DNA of 64,000 nucleotides from a bacterium. GTDB taxonomy: Bacteria > Bacillota_I > Bacilli_A > Acholeplasmatales > JAEDCM01. The notes below the pieces were generated by a model. The model did no database searches. It was not told the DNA's origin and saw nothing but the letters and a program-made list of their open reading frames with translations. This document shows positions 54,442 through 64,000 of this stretch, one piece after another. Position numbers and translations under genes: made by a program. The stretch spans positions 1,280 to 65,279 of the forward strand of contig JAILKD010000065.1 of assembly GCA_024694145.1 (NCBI GenBank), written 5' to 3'. Numbering within the stretch: position 1 is the first letter of the stretch; each line of letters opens with the position of its first letter.

Positions 54442-55578
54442 TTAAGAAATGAAATCTTTTTTAAAAATTAATTTTACAAGTAGTCCGTTATCATTAATTA
54501 CTTCAATATTACCATTCATCTTTTCCATCATATATTTAACTATATATAATCCTAAACCAGTACCTTGAATACCTATTGCATTATTTCCTCTATAGAACTT
54601 TTCAAATATAAATGGTAAGTCTTTATCATCTATACCCGGACCATAATCCTTTACATTAACTATATAATTATTATTATTTTCTTCTAAATTAATATCTATA
54701 TTAGTATTTGCGTATTTAATTGAGTTATTAATTAAGTTTTCAAATACTTGGAATAATCTTTCTTTATCACCTTTAATAAAGGCACTATTAATATTTGTTT
54801 TAAAGTTGATTTTAGAATTAGCTTTAAAATCATTAGCACTAGTTTTTATAACATCAAGCAAATCAACTTTTTCTTCTCTATAGCTAATTCTATCCATATC
54901 TGATACAGAGTGTAAGAACAAATCATCAGTTAGTTTTTTAACTTCTTCTGATTTTCTAATAATGACATTTGTATATTCTACTCTCTTTTCATAAGTATCA
55001 TCCATATTAGCTTCTAGTGCTTCTGCATAAGCCATAATTGATGCAATAGGGGTTTTAATATCATGACTTAGTGAAGCAATAACTGTTTTATTATTTTCAA
55101 TAGCTTCTTTTTCACAAATTCTAGCTTTTGTGATTTCTTGTCTCATAGAATCAAAAGCCCATGTGAAATCACCAAAATAGTTTCCACGTTCATATTCTAA
55201 TGGCAAATCAAAATTACCCTTTGATATTTCACTAGCAAAACCTTTTAGCTTATCAAATGGTCTTAAAATAGAATAATAGATATACGCAAAAACAGCAACT
55301 ATAAATAATATAGAAATAGATGAAATAGTTATTAAGGATGAATAATCAACAGATTTAGATCTTGTTGATCTTAAATATTCTTGTAAATCTGTTAGCTTTT
55401 TACTTGCTAATTCACTATTTCCATTTTTATATAGTTGTTCTATTTCATTAATATCAACTATTTGATTATTGATTGTACTGTTTGAATTTAAATTATGTTC
55501 ATAAATTCCAAATATAACAGTTACAACAACAATTACTATAATAAAGAATATAGAAATTAATAATATTCTTTTTTTCAT
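54442..55578 (-). CDS. Sensor histidine kinase (2 TM segments, HisKA plus HATPase_c)
   Basis: H-box SLSHDIKTPIASI, N-box NLINNSIKY, G-box GTGLGLYIV. I prefer the ATG at 55578 (GGGGTG 6 nt upstream). Confidence 0.88.
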   Translation of the reverse strand: MKKRILLISIFFIIVIVVVTVIFGIYEHNLNSNSTINNQIVDINEIEQLYKNGNSELASKKLTDLQEYLRSTRSKSVDYSSLITISSISILFIVAVFAYIYYSILRPFDKLKGFASEISKGNFDLPLEYERGNYFGDFTWAFDSMRQEITKARICEKEAIENNKTVIASLSHDIKTPIASIMAYAEALEANMDDTYEKRVEYTNVIIRKSEEVKKLTDDLFLHSVSDMDRISYREEKVDLLDVIKTSANDFKANSKINFKTNINSAFIKGDKERLFQVFENLINNSIKYANTNIDINLEENNNNYIVNVKDYGPGIDDKDLPFIFEKFYRGNNAIGIQGTGLGLYIVKYMMEKMNGNIEVINDNGLLVKLIFKKDFIS

Positions 55579-55590
55579 AATATGCACCCC

Positions 55591-56274
55591 TTATTTGTTT
55601 TCTAGAATGTAACCTACTTTATGTACTGTTTTAATATATTTAGGATTAGCTGGATCGTCCTCTAGCTTTTCTCTAAGCCACCTTATATGTACTGTTAGAG
55701 TAGATTGTTCAACTACACTAAATGTACCCCAAACTTCACTAATTAGCTTATCTTTATTTATTGCTTGATTAATATTAAGTGCTAAATAAGCAAGTAAATC
55801 AAATTCTTTTAAAGATAAACTTACTGGCTTACCATTTTTAGTTACTGCTCTAGATGTAATGTTAACCGAAATATCGCCAAATTTAACGATTTTTTCTTCA
55901 TTGTTATTACCATAACATCTTCTAATTAAAGCATTAACAACGCTTAACATTTCACTCATAGAATAAGGTTTTGATATATAGAAGTCTCCGCCAATATCAA
56001 GCCCATCTATTCTATCAGTTACACTACTTCTAGCACTAGCAAATATTACTGGTACATTAGACCTAGTTCTTAAGTCTTTACATATTTCAAAGCCTGTAGA
56101 ATCAGGTAAGTTTATATCTAAAATTATTAGATGAAATTTAGTTGCTTCTAGCTTTTCATATGCTTCATCAGCACAAGAGGCCAAGCTTACACTATATCCA
56201 TTACGCTTTAATGCCTCACCCATTATAAAGCTTAATGATTTATCATCATCAACTATTAATATTTTATAATCCAT
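55591..56274 (-). CDS. OmpR-family response regulator
   Basis: Receiver (ILIVDDD...LIILDINLPD) plus a winged-helix trans_reg_C domain (LTVHIRWLREKLE...IKTVHKVGY). Confidence 0.92.
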   Translation of the reverse strand: MDYKILIVDDDKSLSFIMGEALKRNGYSVSLASCADEAYEKLEATKFHLIILDINLPDSTGFEICKDLRTRSNVPVIFASARSSVTDRIDGLDIGGDFYISKPYSMSEMLSVVNALIRRCYGNNNEEKIVKFGDISVNITSRAVTKNGKPVSLSLKEFDLLAYLALNINQAINKDKLISEVWGTFSVVEQSTLTVHIRWLREKLEDDPANPKYIKTVHKVGYILENK

Positions 56275-56276
56275 AA

Positions 56277-57071
56277 TTACACCCTCTTATTATAAAAATC
56301 AATTACTAATTCTTTAAAACCAATAGCTAAATCGTATAATGCATGGCCATATCCATCATAATGATAATATGTGAAATTTGGCTTATTTGTAACATTTTTT
56401 AATATTTCACTATATTTTATTAATTCATCTTTTTTATCATTAACAATTAGAATAGGAATATTAATATCATTTATATGATTTCTTATATCAAAACCTATTA
56501 AAGCATTTGCTTTTGATATAAAAGTTATTAAATCATTATAGTCTAGTGAATTAGCTAGATTAATAAACATATCATAGTTATTATCTAATACTTCTTTTGG
56601 ATATACATATTTAGCAAAGCCTAAAACAAGTTCTTCTTTTTTATTATATTTAGCTAAATCTATCCAACTATTTATTATACCTTGAGCAAATTCGTCTACA
56701 TTAAAATTAGATGAAGCCATAGCTATTTTTTTAACAAGATTTTTATCTTCTAAATATAAGCATACTGAAATCATTCCACCTTGACTTGCTCCAAGTAAAT
56801 ATAAATCTTTTAAGCCAAGATAATTAACTGCTTCTATTATATCTTTTGCCATATCTTTAATTGAATATATTTTTGGCACATCCATTCTTTCAAATAAATA
56901 TATAGTATAATCATCATTAAAAATCTTATATGCTTCAATTATAAGATCACTACTATCTATTACACTTTTAACACTTAAGCCTGGTATCATAATTATATTT
57001 TTACTACCATTTCCAAACTTTAAGTACTTTATTTCCTTATTATTTAGTTTAATAACGTTAATACTATCCAT
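56277..57071 (-). CDS. Alpha/beta hydrolase
   Basis: Nucleophile elbow GASQGG and a C-terminal GYGHALYD motif. 264 aa. It sits directly upstream of the response regulator. Confidence 0.7.
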   Translation of the reverse strand: MDSINVIKLNNKEIKYLKFGNGSKNIIMIPGLSVKSVIDSSDLIIEAYKIFNDDYTIYLFERMDVPKIYSIKDMAKDIIEAVNYLGLKDLYLLGASQGGMISVCLYLEDKNLVKKIAMASSNFNVDEFAQGIINSWIDLAKYNKKEELVLGFAKYVYPKEVLDNNYDMFINLANSLDYNDLITFISKANALIGFDIRNHINDINIPILIVNDKKDELIKYSEILKNVTNKPNFTYYHYDGYGHALYDLAIGFKELVIDFYNKRV

Positions 57072-57104
57072 AATATCACCACATATTAATTATATATTAA
57101 TTAT

Positions 57105-57140
57105 AAAAAAAATAAAATATAGCCAAATTGACTATATTTT
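57105..57140 (-). terminator. Intrinsic terminator after alsD
   Basis: Minus strand AAAATATAGTCAA-TTTGGCTATATTTT followed by ATTTTTTTT. Confidence 0.7.
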
Positions 57141-57831
57141 ATTCCTCTATTTTCTTAATTACATCTTTATCAACACTAAAATCTTTACTGTTAAATTCTG
57201 TTGTATTAGGTAGTATTAGTTTAAATTCACTATCAACTGAAATACTTACATCTAAATTATCAAACTCAAAATCTAATACATGACCACCATATAGCTTATT
57301 ACTACTAATAAAATGCATATGGAAATCTGTTGTGTTTAAATCTTTCATAAAACTTGGATTTAAAAATCCAACAATAACGCCTTCTATATTCTTATGAGTA
57401 TATACTTTTTGTTCATTATCTACTATATAGTCTAATGGTTTATAAGGTTTAGTTTGCTTAGGTATACTTCTAACAGTAATTTGCTTAAATAACCCATTTA
57501 TTTTAAGTGTAATAAACATATTATCAAAGTTTTTTAAGTATGCTTTTAATCCTTTTTTAAAACTTTTAATGTTTTTTGCGCTAATAGTTATATCTTCAAC
57601 ACTTTTAAACTTGGTTGCATTAGAAAATGGTATAAGTTCATCATCACTAGCAATAGTTATAATACCATCTACTTTTGCTTTATAAACAATATTATCAAGC
57701 ATAATCATTTCTCCATCAGCACCTTCAAAAGTACCAATGGCAGTATCAGCAATTTCCTTTAGTTTTTTTACACTAATAACTCCATCATAATAACCACTAG
57801 CTAAAGCTTGAAGTAAAGAGATTTGATACAT
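57139..57831 (-). CDS. alsD: Alpha-acetolactate decarboxylase
   Basis: MYQISLLQALASGYYDG...IGTFEGADGEMIMLD, typical of AlsD/BudA. 230 aa. Confidence 0.85.
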   Translation of the reverse strand: MYQISLLQALASGYYDGVISVKKLKEIADTAIGTFEGADGEMIMLDNIVYKAKVDGIITIASDDELIPFSNATKFKSVEDITISAKNIKSFKKGLKAYLKNFDNMFITLKINGLFKQITVRSIPKQTKPYKPLDYIVDNEQKVYTHKNIEGVIVGFLNPSFMKDLNTTDFHMHFISSNKLYGGHVLDFEFDNLDVSISVDSEFKLILPNTTEFNSKDFSVDKDVIKKIEE

Positions 57832-57832
57832 A

Positions 57833-60247
57833 TTAGCTATTTAACCTCCTTGATGATCTAATAACACTTGATGCACTTTTTTCCATATCAGTCCTTCTAA
57901 CAATTCCTTTATTTAAACCATCAAGTAGATTATCTAAATCATATTTACCACCAGGCATGAATATATCTCCACCGCCACTAATTACACCTTTAATATCCAT
58001 TACTTGGTATTTTAATTCGTCCCCTGTAAATCTATGACTTGTCCAGTCAGTCATAATTAAACCATCATAATTACATTCGTTTCTTAAATAATCTTTCATT
58101 AAACCAGGGTGTTCTGATGCATGAATACCATTAATTAAGTTATATGATGACATAATAGATTCTGGTTTAGCATCTTTAATGCATATTTCGAAACCTTTTA
58201 AATATATTTCTCTTAAAGCTCTTTCACTTAAATTAGAATTATTACACATTCTATTAGTTTCTTTATTATTACATGCAAAATGCTTTATAGTTACACCACA
58301 GTTCTTATGCTTTTGTACTCCTAATGTAATATATTTAGCAAATACTCCACTAATAAGTGGGTCTTCGCTATAATATTCAAAGTTCCTACCACATAAAACT
58401 GATCTATGAATATTTAAGGCAGGAGCTAACCAAAGCTTAATATTAAACATTTCCATTTCAGAACCAACTATATCACCTAAAGTATAAGCATAATCAGTAT
58501 TAAAGCTTTGTGCTATAGCAACACCAATAGGTATAGCAGTAGCATATTGATATTTTTCTTCTATTCCTTTAGGTGCTTTTTTCTTTGATCTAAATAAAAA
58601 CTTAAATATAAATTTTTGGAATGGAGAAAGTAATTCAACAATACTTTCAGGTATACCATTTTCTCCAATTGCATGAACACCATTTTTATCTATGTAATAT
58701 CTTCTAGCAAGTCTAAGTCCTGCAGGGCCATCAGCCATAGTAATAGGTTTTATACCTTCAAGAGATCTTGATTCACCAGCTGCACCCGCAACACTTCTAC
58801 CTGAGCTTCCTATTGCAGTTATACTGTTATCTTTTTCTCTAAATGTACCCATACACATGCGTGCTAAGTTACTATCACTTAATTTTTTAGCTTCATCCAA
58901 TATTTCTACTTCTTTAGAATAATCTTGTTCAACAAGCTTAATACTACTTAAATCAAGTTTAAATGTATCAATTCCACTTAAATTTTCATCATTAAATTCT
59001 TGATAAACTTCATCCATAAATTTAGGTTTATCAATAAGTGGTTTAACCTTTTTTAATTCTTTAACTTCATCTAATAAAAGTACTAAACATGGTTTTGTAT
59101 TTGTACTAGAATTACCAACTCTAACTATATATTTTCCACTATCTAAAATATATGTACTTGTTTTTTCATAATAGTTTGAATTATCGCATAAATCAAAGAT
59201 TATCTCTAATTCTTCACTTTCATTTTCACCAAGCATTTTAGTCTTTTTAAATGCGACTAAATCTTGGTATGGATTATCTATTAAATTACTTGGTTTAGAT
59301 AGATAAATTTCTACCACTTCCTTGCCACTAACTTTAGAAGTGTTTGTTACTAAAACTTTTATTTTAACAATATATTTATCTACTTTAAAGCCAGTGTATT
59401 TAATATCAAATGTTGAATAGCTTAATCCAAATCCAAAAGGATATAGTGCTTTTTTATTTGCTGAATCAAAATAACGGTACCCTACATATATACCTTCATT
59501 ATAATTAGTTTCATCTCTATCATAAAAATCAAGTTTATTATAATCACTAAACTTACTCCAAGTTGTTGTTAGTTTTCCACTAGGATTAACTCTACCTAAA
59601 ATTATATCTACTAATGTTTCACTAGTTGATACACCTAGTTGAGATAAAAGTAATATATTTTTAGCATTATTTACTTTACTTAAATCAACAGGACCACCAA
59701 CATTTAATACTAACATAAATTTATCATATTTATCATTAAGTTCATTAATTTGTTTAACTTCAGTATCTGTTAATTCATAGTCACCCTTAATATTTTTTCT
59801 ATCATTACCTTCACCACATATTCTAGATAATACATAAACGCAAGCATCAGCACTAAAATCTAAGTTAATATCATATTCCATTTCAGGCATAACCATGCCC
59901 ATACCATAAGCTGCGGCATTCATATGATGTGTTTTTGCTTCTTTTTTTACACTTTTTATGAATTTCTTTTTAGCTTTTTCATATAAAACATCATATTGAT
60001 CTAAAAAGTCTTTAGTGATAATATCAAATTTTTCTTCAGTTAGTACTTCTTCAATAGATTTAAAGCTTCTTGAATTAACTTCACCACTACCAGTACCACC
60101 CTTTAAAGTTTTTCTAACTCCATTACCATAGCAAGCAATCTTACAAGGACCATTAAGCGGAAATTTATCATCATGCTTTAAAAATAAAGTGCATTCAGCT
60201 AAATTTTCTCTTACCTTACTAATATTTTTTATTTCATAATCAAACAT
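57833..60247 (-). CDS. Glycoside hydrolase family 3 beta-glucosidase with permuted domain order
   Basis: The GH3 C-terminal-type domain and Fn3-like module (YPFGFGLSYSTF) come first. The catalytic GH3 N-type domain (ADGPAGLRL ... GLIMTDW nucleophile motif) is at the C-terminus. Confidence 0.8.
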   Translation of the reverse strand: MFDYEIKNISKVRENLAECTLFLKHDDKFPLNGPCKIACYGNGVRKTLKGGTGSGEVNSRSFKSIEEVLTEEKFDIITKDFLDQYDVLYEKAKKKFIKSVKKEAKTHHMNAAAYGMGMVMPEMEYDINLDFSADACVYVLSRICGEGNDRKNIKGDYELTDTEVKQINELNDKYDKFMLVLNVGGPVDLSKVNNAKNILLLSQLGVSTSETLVDIILGRVNPSGKLTTTWSKFSDYNKLDFYDRDETNYNEGIYVGYRYFDSANKKALYPFGFGLSYSTFDIKYTGFKVDKYIVKIKVLVTNTSKVSGKEVVEIYLSKPSNLIDNPYQDLVAFKKTKMLGENESEELEIIFDLCDNSNYYEKTSTYILDSGKYIVRVGNSSTNTKPCLVLLLDEVKELKKVKPLIDKPKFMDEVYQEFNDENLSGIDTFKLDLSSIKLVEQDYSKEVEILDEAKKLSDSNLARMCMGTFREKDNSITAIGSSGRSVAGAAGESRSLEGIKPITMADGPAGLRLARRYYIDKNGVHAIGENGIPESIVELLSPFQKFIFKFLFRSKKKAPKGIEEKYQYATAIPIGVAIAQSFNTDYAYTLGDIVGSEMEMFNIKLWLAPALNIHRSVLCGRNFEYYSEDPLISGVFAKYITLGVQKHKNCGVTIKHFACNNKETNRMCNNSNLSERALREIYLKGFEICIKDAKPESIMSSYNLINGIHASEHPGLMKDYLRNECNYDGLIMTDWTSHRFTGDELKYQVMDIKGVISGGGDIFMPGGKYDLDNLLDGLNKGIVRRTDMEKSASSVIRSSRRLNS

Positions 60248-60331
60248 ATTACAAGACCTCCTATATCACTTTTTTATAATTTTATTATATAATAATTTCT
60301 CTAAAATTTATATCAAGTTTATTTTAGAAAT

Positions 60332-60362
60332 AAAAAAAAGAGCAATACAAAATGTATTACTC
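60332..60362 (-). terminator. Intrinsic terminator of polC
   Basis: Minus strand GAGTAATAC-ATTTT-GTATTGCTC followed by T8. Confidence 0.7.
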
Positions 60363-63300
60363 TAAATAAAGCTAAATAAATTAGTTTCATCTTCTATTTC
60401 AGCTTCATTACTTAAATCTCCGAAGCATCCTAATTTATCCATAACTTCTGCGATTGTTTTATTAATTTTTGTTCTAGATAAGACATCACTAATAGATGTA
60501 AATGGCTTCTTATTACGTTCCTCAACTATACCTATTGCTACTGCAGCACCAAGTCCATCAATAGCAACAAATGGGCAAAGTAAGGCATTTTCGCTTTCAA
60601 TAATCTTAAATTCAGTAGCAAGTGATTCATTAATATCAACCATTTTAAACTTCATACCACGAGCAACCATTTCTAGTGCTACACGTAAACTTGATAAGTG
60701 GTCATCCATCTTAGCGCTTGATAATTCTTCTTCCTCTTCAAGCTTACCATCCATTAAGCTTAATACTCTTTTTCTAATAGTTTCTTCATCACTACACATT
60801 CTAACTACATCAAAGGCATCTACACGTTTAGAGAAATATCCAGAATAAAATAATAATGGTTTATAAACCTTAAACCATGCAATACGTAATGCCATTAAAA
60901 CGTAAGCTGTAGCATGTGCTTTAGGGAACATATATTCAATTTGACCACAGCTCCATATATACCATTCAGGTACCCCATGGTTTCTCATATATTCAACATG
61001 AGTAACCCAGTTAGCTGGTTCTTTTTTAGGCTTACCTTTTCTAACAAATTCCATAATCTTAAATGCCATAGAAGGCTCTAAGCCCATATACATTAAATCA
61101 ACCATAATATCATCACGACAACCTATGATACTACTAAATTGAATCTTACCATAATCGGCCTTTTTACCACTAACTAAGTCTTTAGCGTTATTTAACCATA
61201 CGTTAGTACCATGAGACAAACCAGATATTTTAACTAATTCAGCAAAATGCTTTGGTTTAGTATCTATTAGCATTTGCCTTACGAAATCAGTACCAAATTC
61301 AGGTATAGCCAAGCTTCCTACTTCACTTAATATTTGGTCAGGAGTTACCTTTAATACTTCTGTAGAACCAAATATTTTATAAACATTAGGATCATCAACA
61401 GGAATATCCTGTGCTCTATTAAATGGGAAGTCTTGTGGATGATCATTTACATAATTCATCAAATATCTAATAATAGTTGGATCATCGTGACCTAGTATAT
61501 CTAGTTTTAATAAATTACTTTCAAATGAGTGATATTCAAAGTGTGTTGTTCTAAATTCGTTTGTTGTATCATCTGATGGATATTGTATAGGTGTTACATC
61601 ATATATTTCAATACGCTTAGGAACTACAACTATACCACCCGGATGTTGTCCTGTAGTTCTTTTTACACCTTGGATAAAGTTAGCAACACGCTCTTTTTCA
61701 GCTTTTCTCATAGATATGTGATTATCTTCACAATAACCTAAAACATATCCATATGCAGTTTTATCTGCAACTGTTTGAAGTGTACCTGCTCTAAAGGCAT
61801 TATCATACCCCATAACATCACGAATAAAGGCATGTGCTTTACCTTGATATTCACCTGAGAAGTTTAAGTCAATATCAGGAACCTTATCTCCCTTGAATCC
61901 TAAGAATGTTTCAAATGGTATATCATGACCATCCTTCTTTAAAGGGGTTCCACATATAGGACATATTGCATCTGGTAAGTCAAAACCAGAGTCTACATCT
62001 TTTAATTTTTCTTGTAAGTCTATTTCAATAGGTCTAATACCATATTTTTCTTTTTCTTCTTCATTCATCTTAAAGCTAGAGAACTTACATCTAGGGCATC
62101 TATAATGAGGAGATAATGGATTTACTTCTGTTATATTCATCATTGTAGCTACAAAGCTACTTCCAACAGATCCACGGCTACCTACTAAGTATCCATCTTC
62201 AAGGGACTTTTTAACTAATATATGAGCCATATAATAAACACTACAGAATTTATTACTTACGATACTATTAAGCTCTTTATCTAGCCTTTCTTTAACAATT
62301 AAAGGAAGCTCATCACCATATAATTTATGAGCATTTTCATTAACCATTCTAATTAATTCTGCTTCAATTGATGGTACTCCTAATGAATCTTTAAATTCAT
62401 CATCAGCTGGGTCAAATAATCCTTTAGGGAATACTTGTACAACTTCAACCATATCAGCAATCTTATTAGTATTAGTTACAACTATTTCATATGCTAAATC
62501 TTTATCTAAGAAACTAAATTCATCTAGCATTTCATCTGTTGTACGTAAATGCTGCTTAGTCATTCCTGGGAATTTTTCTAAAGGATGTCGTGTTCCACCT
62601 AAGCCTTTAGTTCTTAAATATATATCTCTATATTTCTGTTCTTCAGGATTAACATAATGACAATCACTTGTAGCAACAACTATCTTACCTAGTTCATCTG
62701 CTGCTTTTATGATTTTCTTTATTGCTTCTTGTAATCTATAATCAGGATCTAAATATGTTCCTAATTTTAAATGTGCATAAACACTTATTGGTTGAACTTC
62801 TACATAATCATAGAACTTCATCTTATTTAATAATTCATCATAACTTCTATTTAAGGCTGTCTCAAATATTTCACCATTAATACATGCACTACCAACCAAT
62901 ACACCTTCATGGTATTTATCTATTACTTCATCTAACGCTCTAGCCTTACTGTTATACATATGAACAGTTAGTGAATCACTTATAATCTTAAATAAATTTT
63001 TATAACCTGTTTGATTCTTTGCTAATAAACAAATATGGTCTCCAAATGGCCATTTCCACCAATCATCAGGAATTAATTTATTTAACGAATTATAGTTAGT
63101 TACTCCCTTATTATATATCTCATCAAGCATTCTTTGGAAACATTCCATAGTCGCATAGGCATCGTCCTTTGCTCTATGGTGATCAGTTAATTGAATCTTA
63201 TAGAACTTAGTCATTTGATCCAAACCGAACTTCTTAAGTTCATTGAAATGAAATAATCTAAATAATTGTAATGTATCTATTACAGGGAATTCTTCAAATT

Positions 63301-64000
63301 CAATTCCATTACGCTTAAATGATTCATAAATCATACCTGAGTCAAACTTCGCATTATGAGCTACAAGTATTGTTCCCTTAATGAAATTATAGAACTCTCT
63401 AAGTACAACACTTCTATCCTCGCCTTCTTTTTCAAGCATAGAATTAGTGATGTTAGTTAATTCTACAATCTTATTAGGAAGTGGACGTTCAGTCTTTATT
63501 AATTTTTCAAATGAAGTTGTATGCTTACCATTATGTAATTTATAAGCACCAATTTCAATAATCTCATCAAATTGATTAGATAAACCTGTTGTTTCAACGT
63601 CAAATACTGTGAATGTTGCATCTTCTAAATTAATATTTTTTTCGTTTAATGCGATTAAAATATTATCTAAACTAACCTTTGATAATTCAACACCATATAT
63701 AGGTTTAATGCCCTTCTTTTCACATGCTTTAGCAAAATGAGGAAATCCATAAACTCCATCATGGTCAGTTAAGGCAATGGCTTTATGACCCCATTTTTGG
63801 GCCATATCAACATAATCTTCCACCTCTGATACGGCATCCATTTGGCTCATCTTTGAATGGACATGTAATTCTACTCTTTTAACTTCACTCTTATCCATCC
63901 TACACTCTTTTTTGGGAGCTTCAGTAAGTTCAATAGTTCTAGCTTTTAATACAACATCCTTATCATAAGATGAATATATAGCAGTTCCATCAATTTCAAC
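60362..64000 (-). CDS. polC: DNA polymerase III PolC-type (Gram-positive), C-terminal about 1210 aa; the N-terminus lies beyond the window end
   Basis: PHP domain (RVELHVHSKMSQMDA), inserted DnaQ-like exonuclease (FTVFDVETTGL...HNAKFDSGM...HRAKDDA), and the pol core. The frame stays open upstream of the M at 63898 (..VEIDGTAIYSSYDKDVVLKARTIELTEAPKKECR-MDK), so the gene continues past 64000. Confidence 0.93.
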   Translation of the reverse strand, partial: VEIDGTAIYSSYDKDVVLKARTIELTEAPKKECRMDKSEVKRVELHVHSKMSQMDAVSEVEDYVDMAQKWGHKAIALTDHDGVYGFPHFAKACEKKGIKPIYGVELSKVSLDNILIALNEKNINLEDATFTVFDVETTGLSNQFDEIIEIGAYKLHNGKHTTSFEKLIKTERPLPNKIVELTNITNSMLEKEGEDRSVVLREFYNFIKGTILVAHNAKFDSGMIYESFKRNGIEFEEFPVIDTLQLFRLFHFNELKKFGLDQMTKFYKIQLTDHHRAKDDAYATMECFQRMLDEIYNKGVTNYNSLNKLIPDDWWKWPFGDHICLLAKNQTGYKNLFKIISDSLTVHMYNSKARALDEVIDKYHEGVLVGSACINGEIFETALNRSYDELLNKMKFYDYVEVQPISVYAHLKLGTYLDPDYRLQEAIKKIIKAADELGKIVVATSDCHYVNPEEQKYRDIYLRTKGLGGTRHPLEKFPGMTKQHLRTTDEMLDEFSFLDKDLAYEIVVTNTNKIADMVEVVQVFPKGLFDPADDEFKDSLGVPSIEAELIRMVNENAHKLYGDELPLIVKERLDKELNSIVSNKFCSVYYMAHILVKKSLEDGYLVGSRGSVGSSFVATMMNITEVNPLSPHYRCPRCKFSSFKMNEEEKEKYGIRPIEIDLQEKLKDVDSGFDLPDAICPICGTPLKKDGHDIPFETFLGFKGDKVPDIDLNFSGEYQGKAHAFIRDVMGYDNAFRAGTLQTVADKTAYGYVLGYCEDNHISMRKAEKERVANFIQGVKRTTGQHPGGIVVVPKRIEIYDVTPIQYPSDDTTNEFRTTHFEYHSFESNLLKLDILGHDDPTIIRYLMNYVNDHPQDFPFNRAQDIPVDDPNVYKIFGSTEVLKVTPDQILSEVGSLAIPEFGTDFVRQMLIDTKPKHFAELVKISGLSHGTNVWLNNAKDLVSGKKADYGKIQFSSIIGCRDDIMVDLMYMGLEPSMAFKIMEFVRKGKPKKEPANWVTHVEYMRNHGVPEWYIWSCGQIEYMFPKAHATAYVLMALRIAWFKVYKPLLFYSGYFSKRVDAFDVVRMCSDEETIRKRVLSLMDGKLEEEEELSSAKMDDHLSSLRVALEMVARGMKFKMVDINESLATEFKIIESENALLCPFVAIDGLGAAVAIGIVEERNKKPFTSISDVLSRTKINKTIAEVMDKLGCFGDLSNEAEIEDETNLFSFI

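Overview
A low-GC (about 30%) Bacillota-type chromosomal segment. PolC, LL-DAP aminotransferase, type III glutamine synthetase, BspA-like LRR and Listeria-Bacteroides-repeat lipoproteins suggest a Clostridia or Erysipelotrichales-like gut anaerobe; this taxonomy is inference only. Most of the window is housekeeping. There is a long minus-strand nitrogen/DAP/CTP operon: a GS-like pseudoenzyme, an ANTAR regulator, dapF, dapL, pyrG and gltBD. A divergent plus-strand cluster carries glnN, an amt-PII fusion, asnB, purF, carAB and purA. Also present are purB-purC, uvrB, rplM-rpsI, tRNA-Gln and the 3' part of polC. Accessory content includes a monocistronic 1933-aa DUF4011/Upf1-like helicase-nuclease with a transglutaminase-like N-terminal region, a YhcG-type PDDEXK nuclease, an IS3-family element with an A6G frameshift site, EAL/Hpt gene remnants, a split chromate transporter, surface lipoproteins, and a two-component-system plus ABC module. 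The most unusual region is the ORF-free purA-purB intergenic stretch (about 47507-48196). It holds six head-to-tail minus-strand units, each a near-consensus sigma-A promoter followed by a stem-closed structured RNA and a U-tract. The array converges on an orphan lysine-rich 107-aa ORF. I could not match it to any RNA family I know; I propose it as an array of independently transcribed small RNAs.
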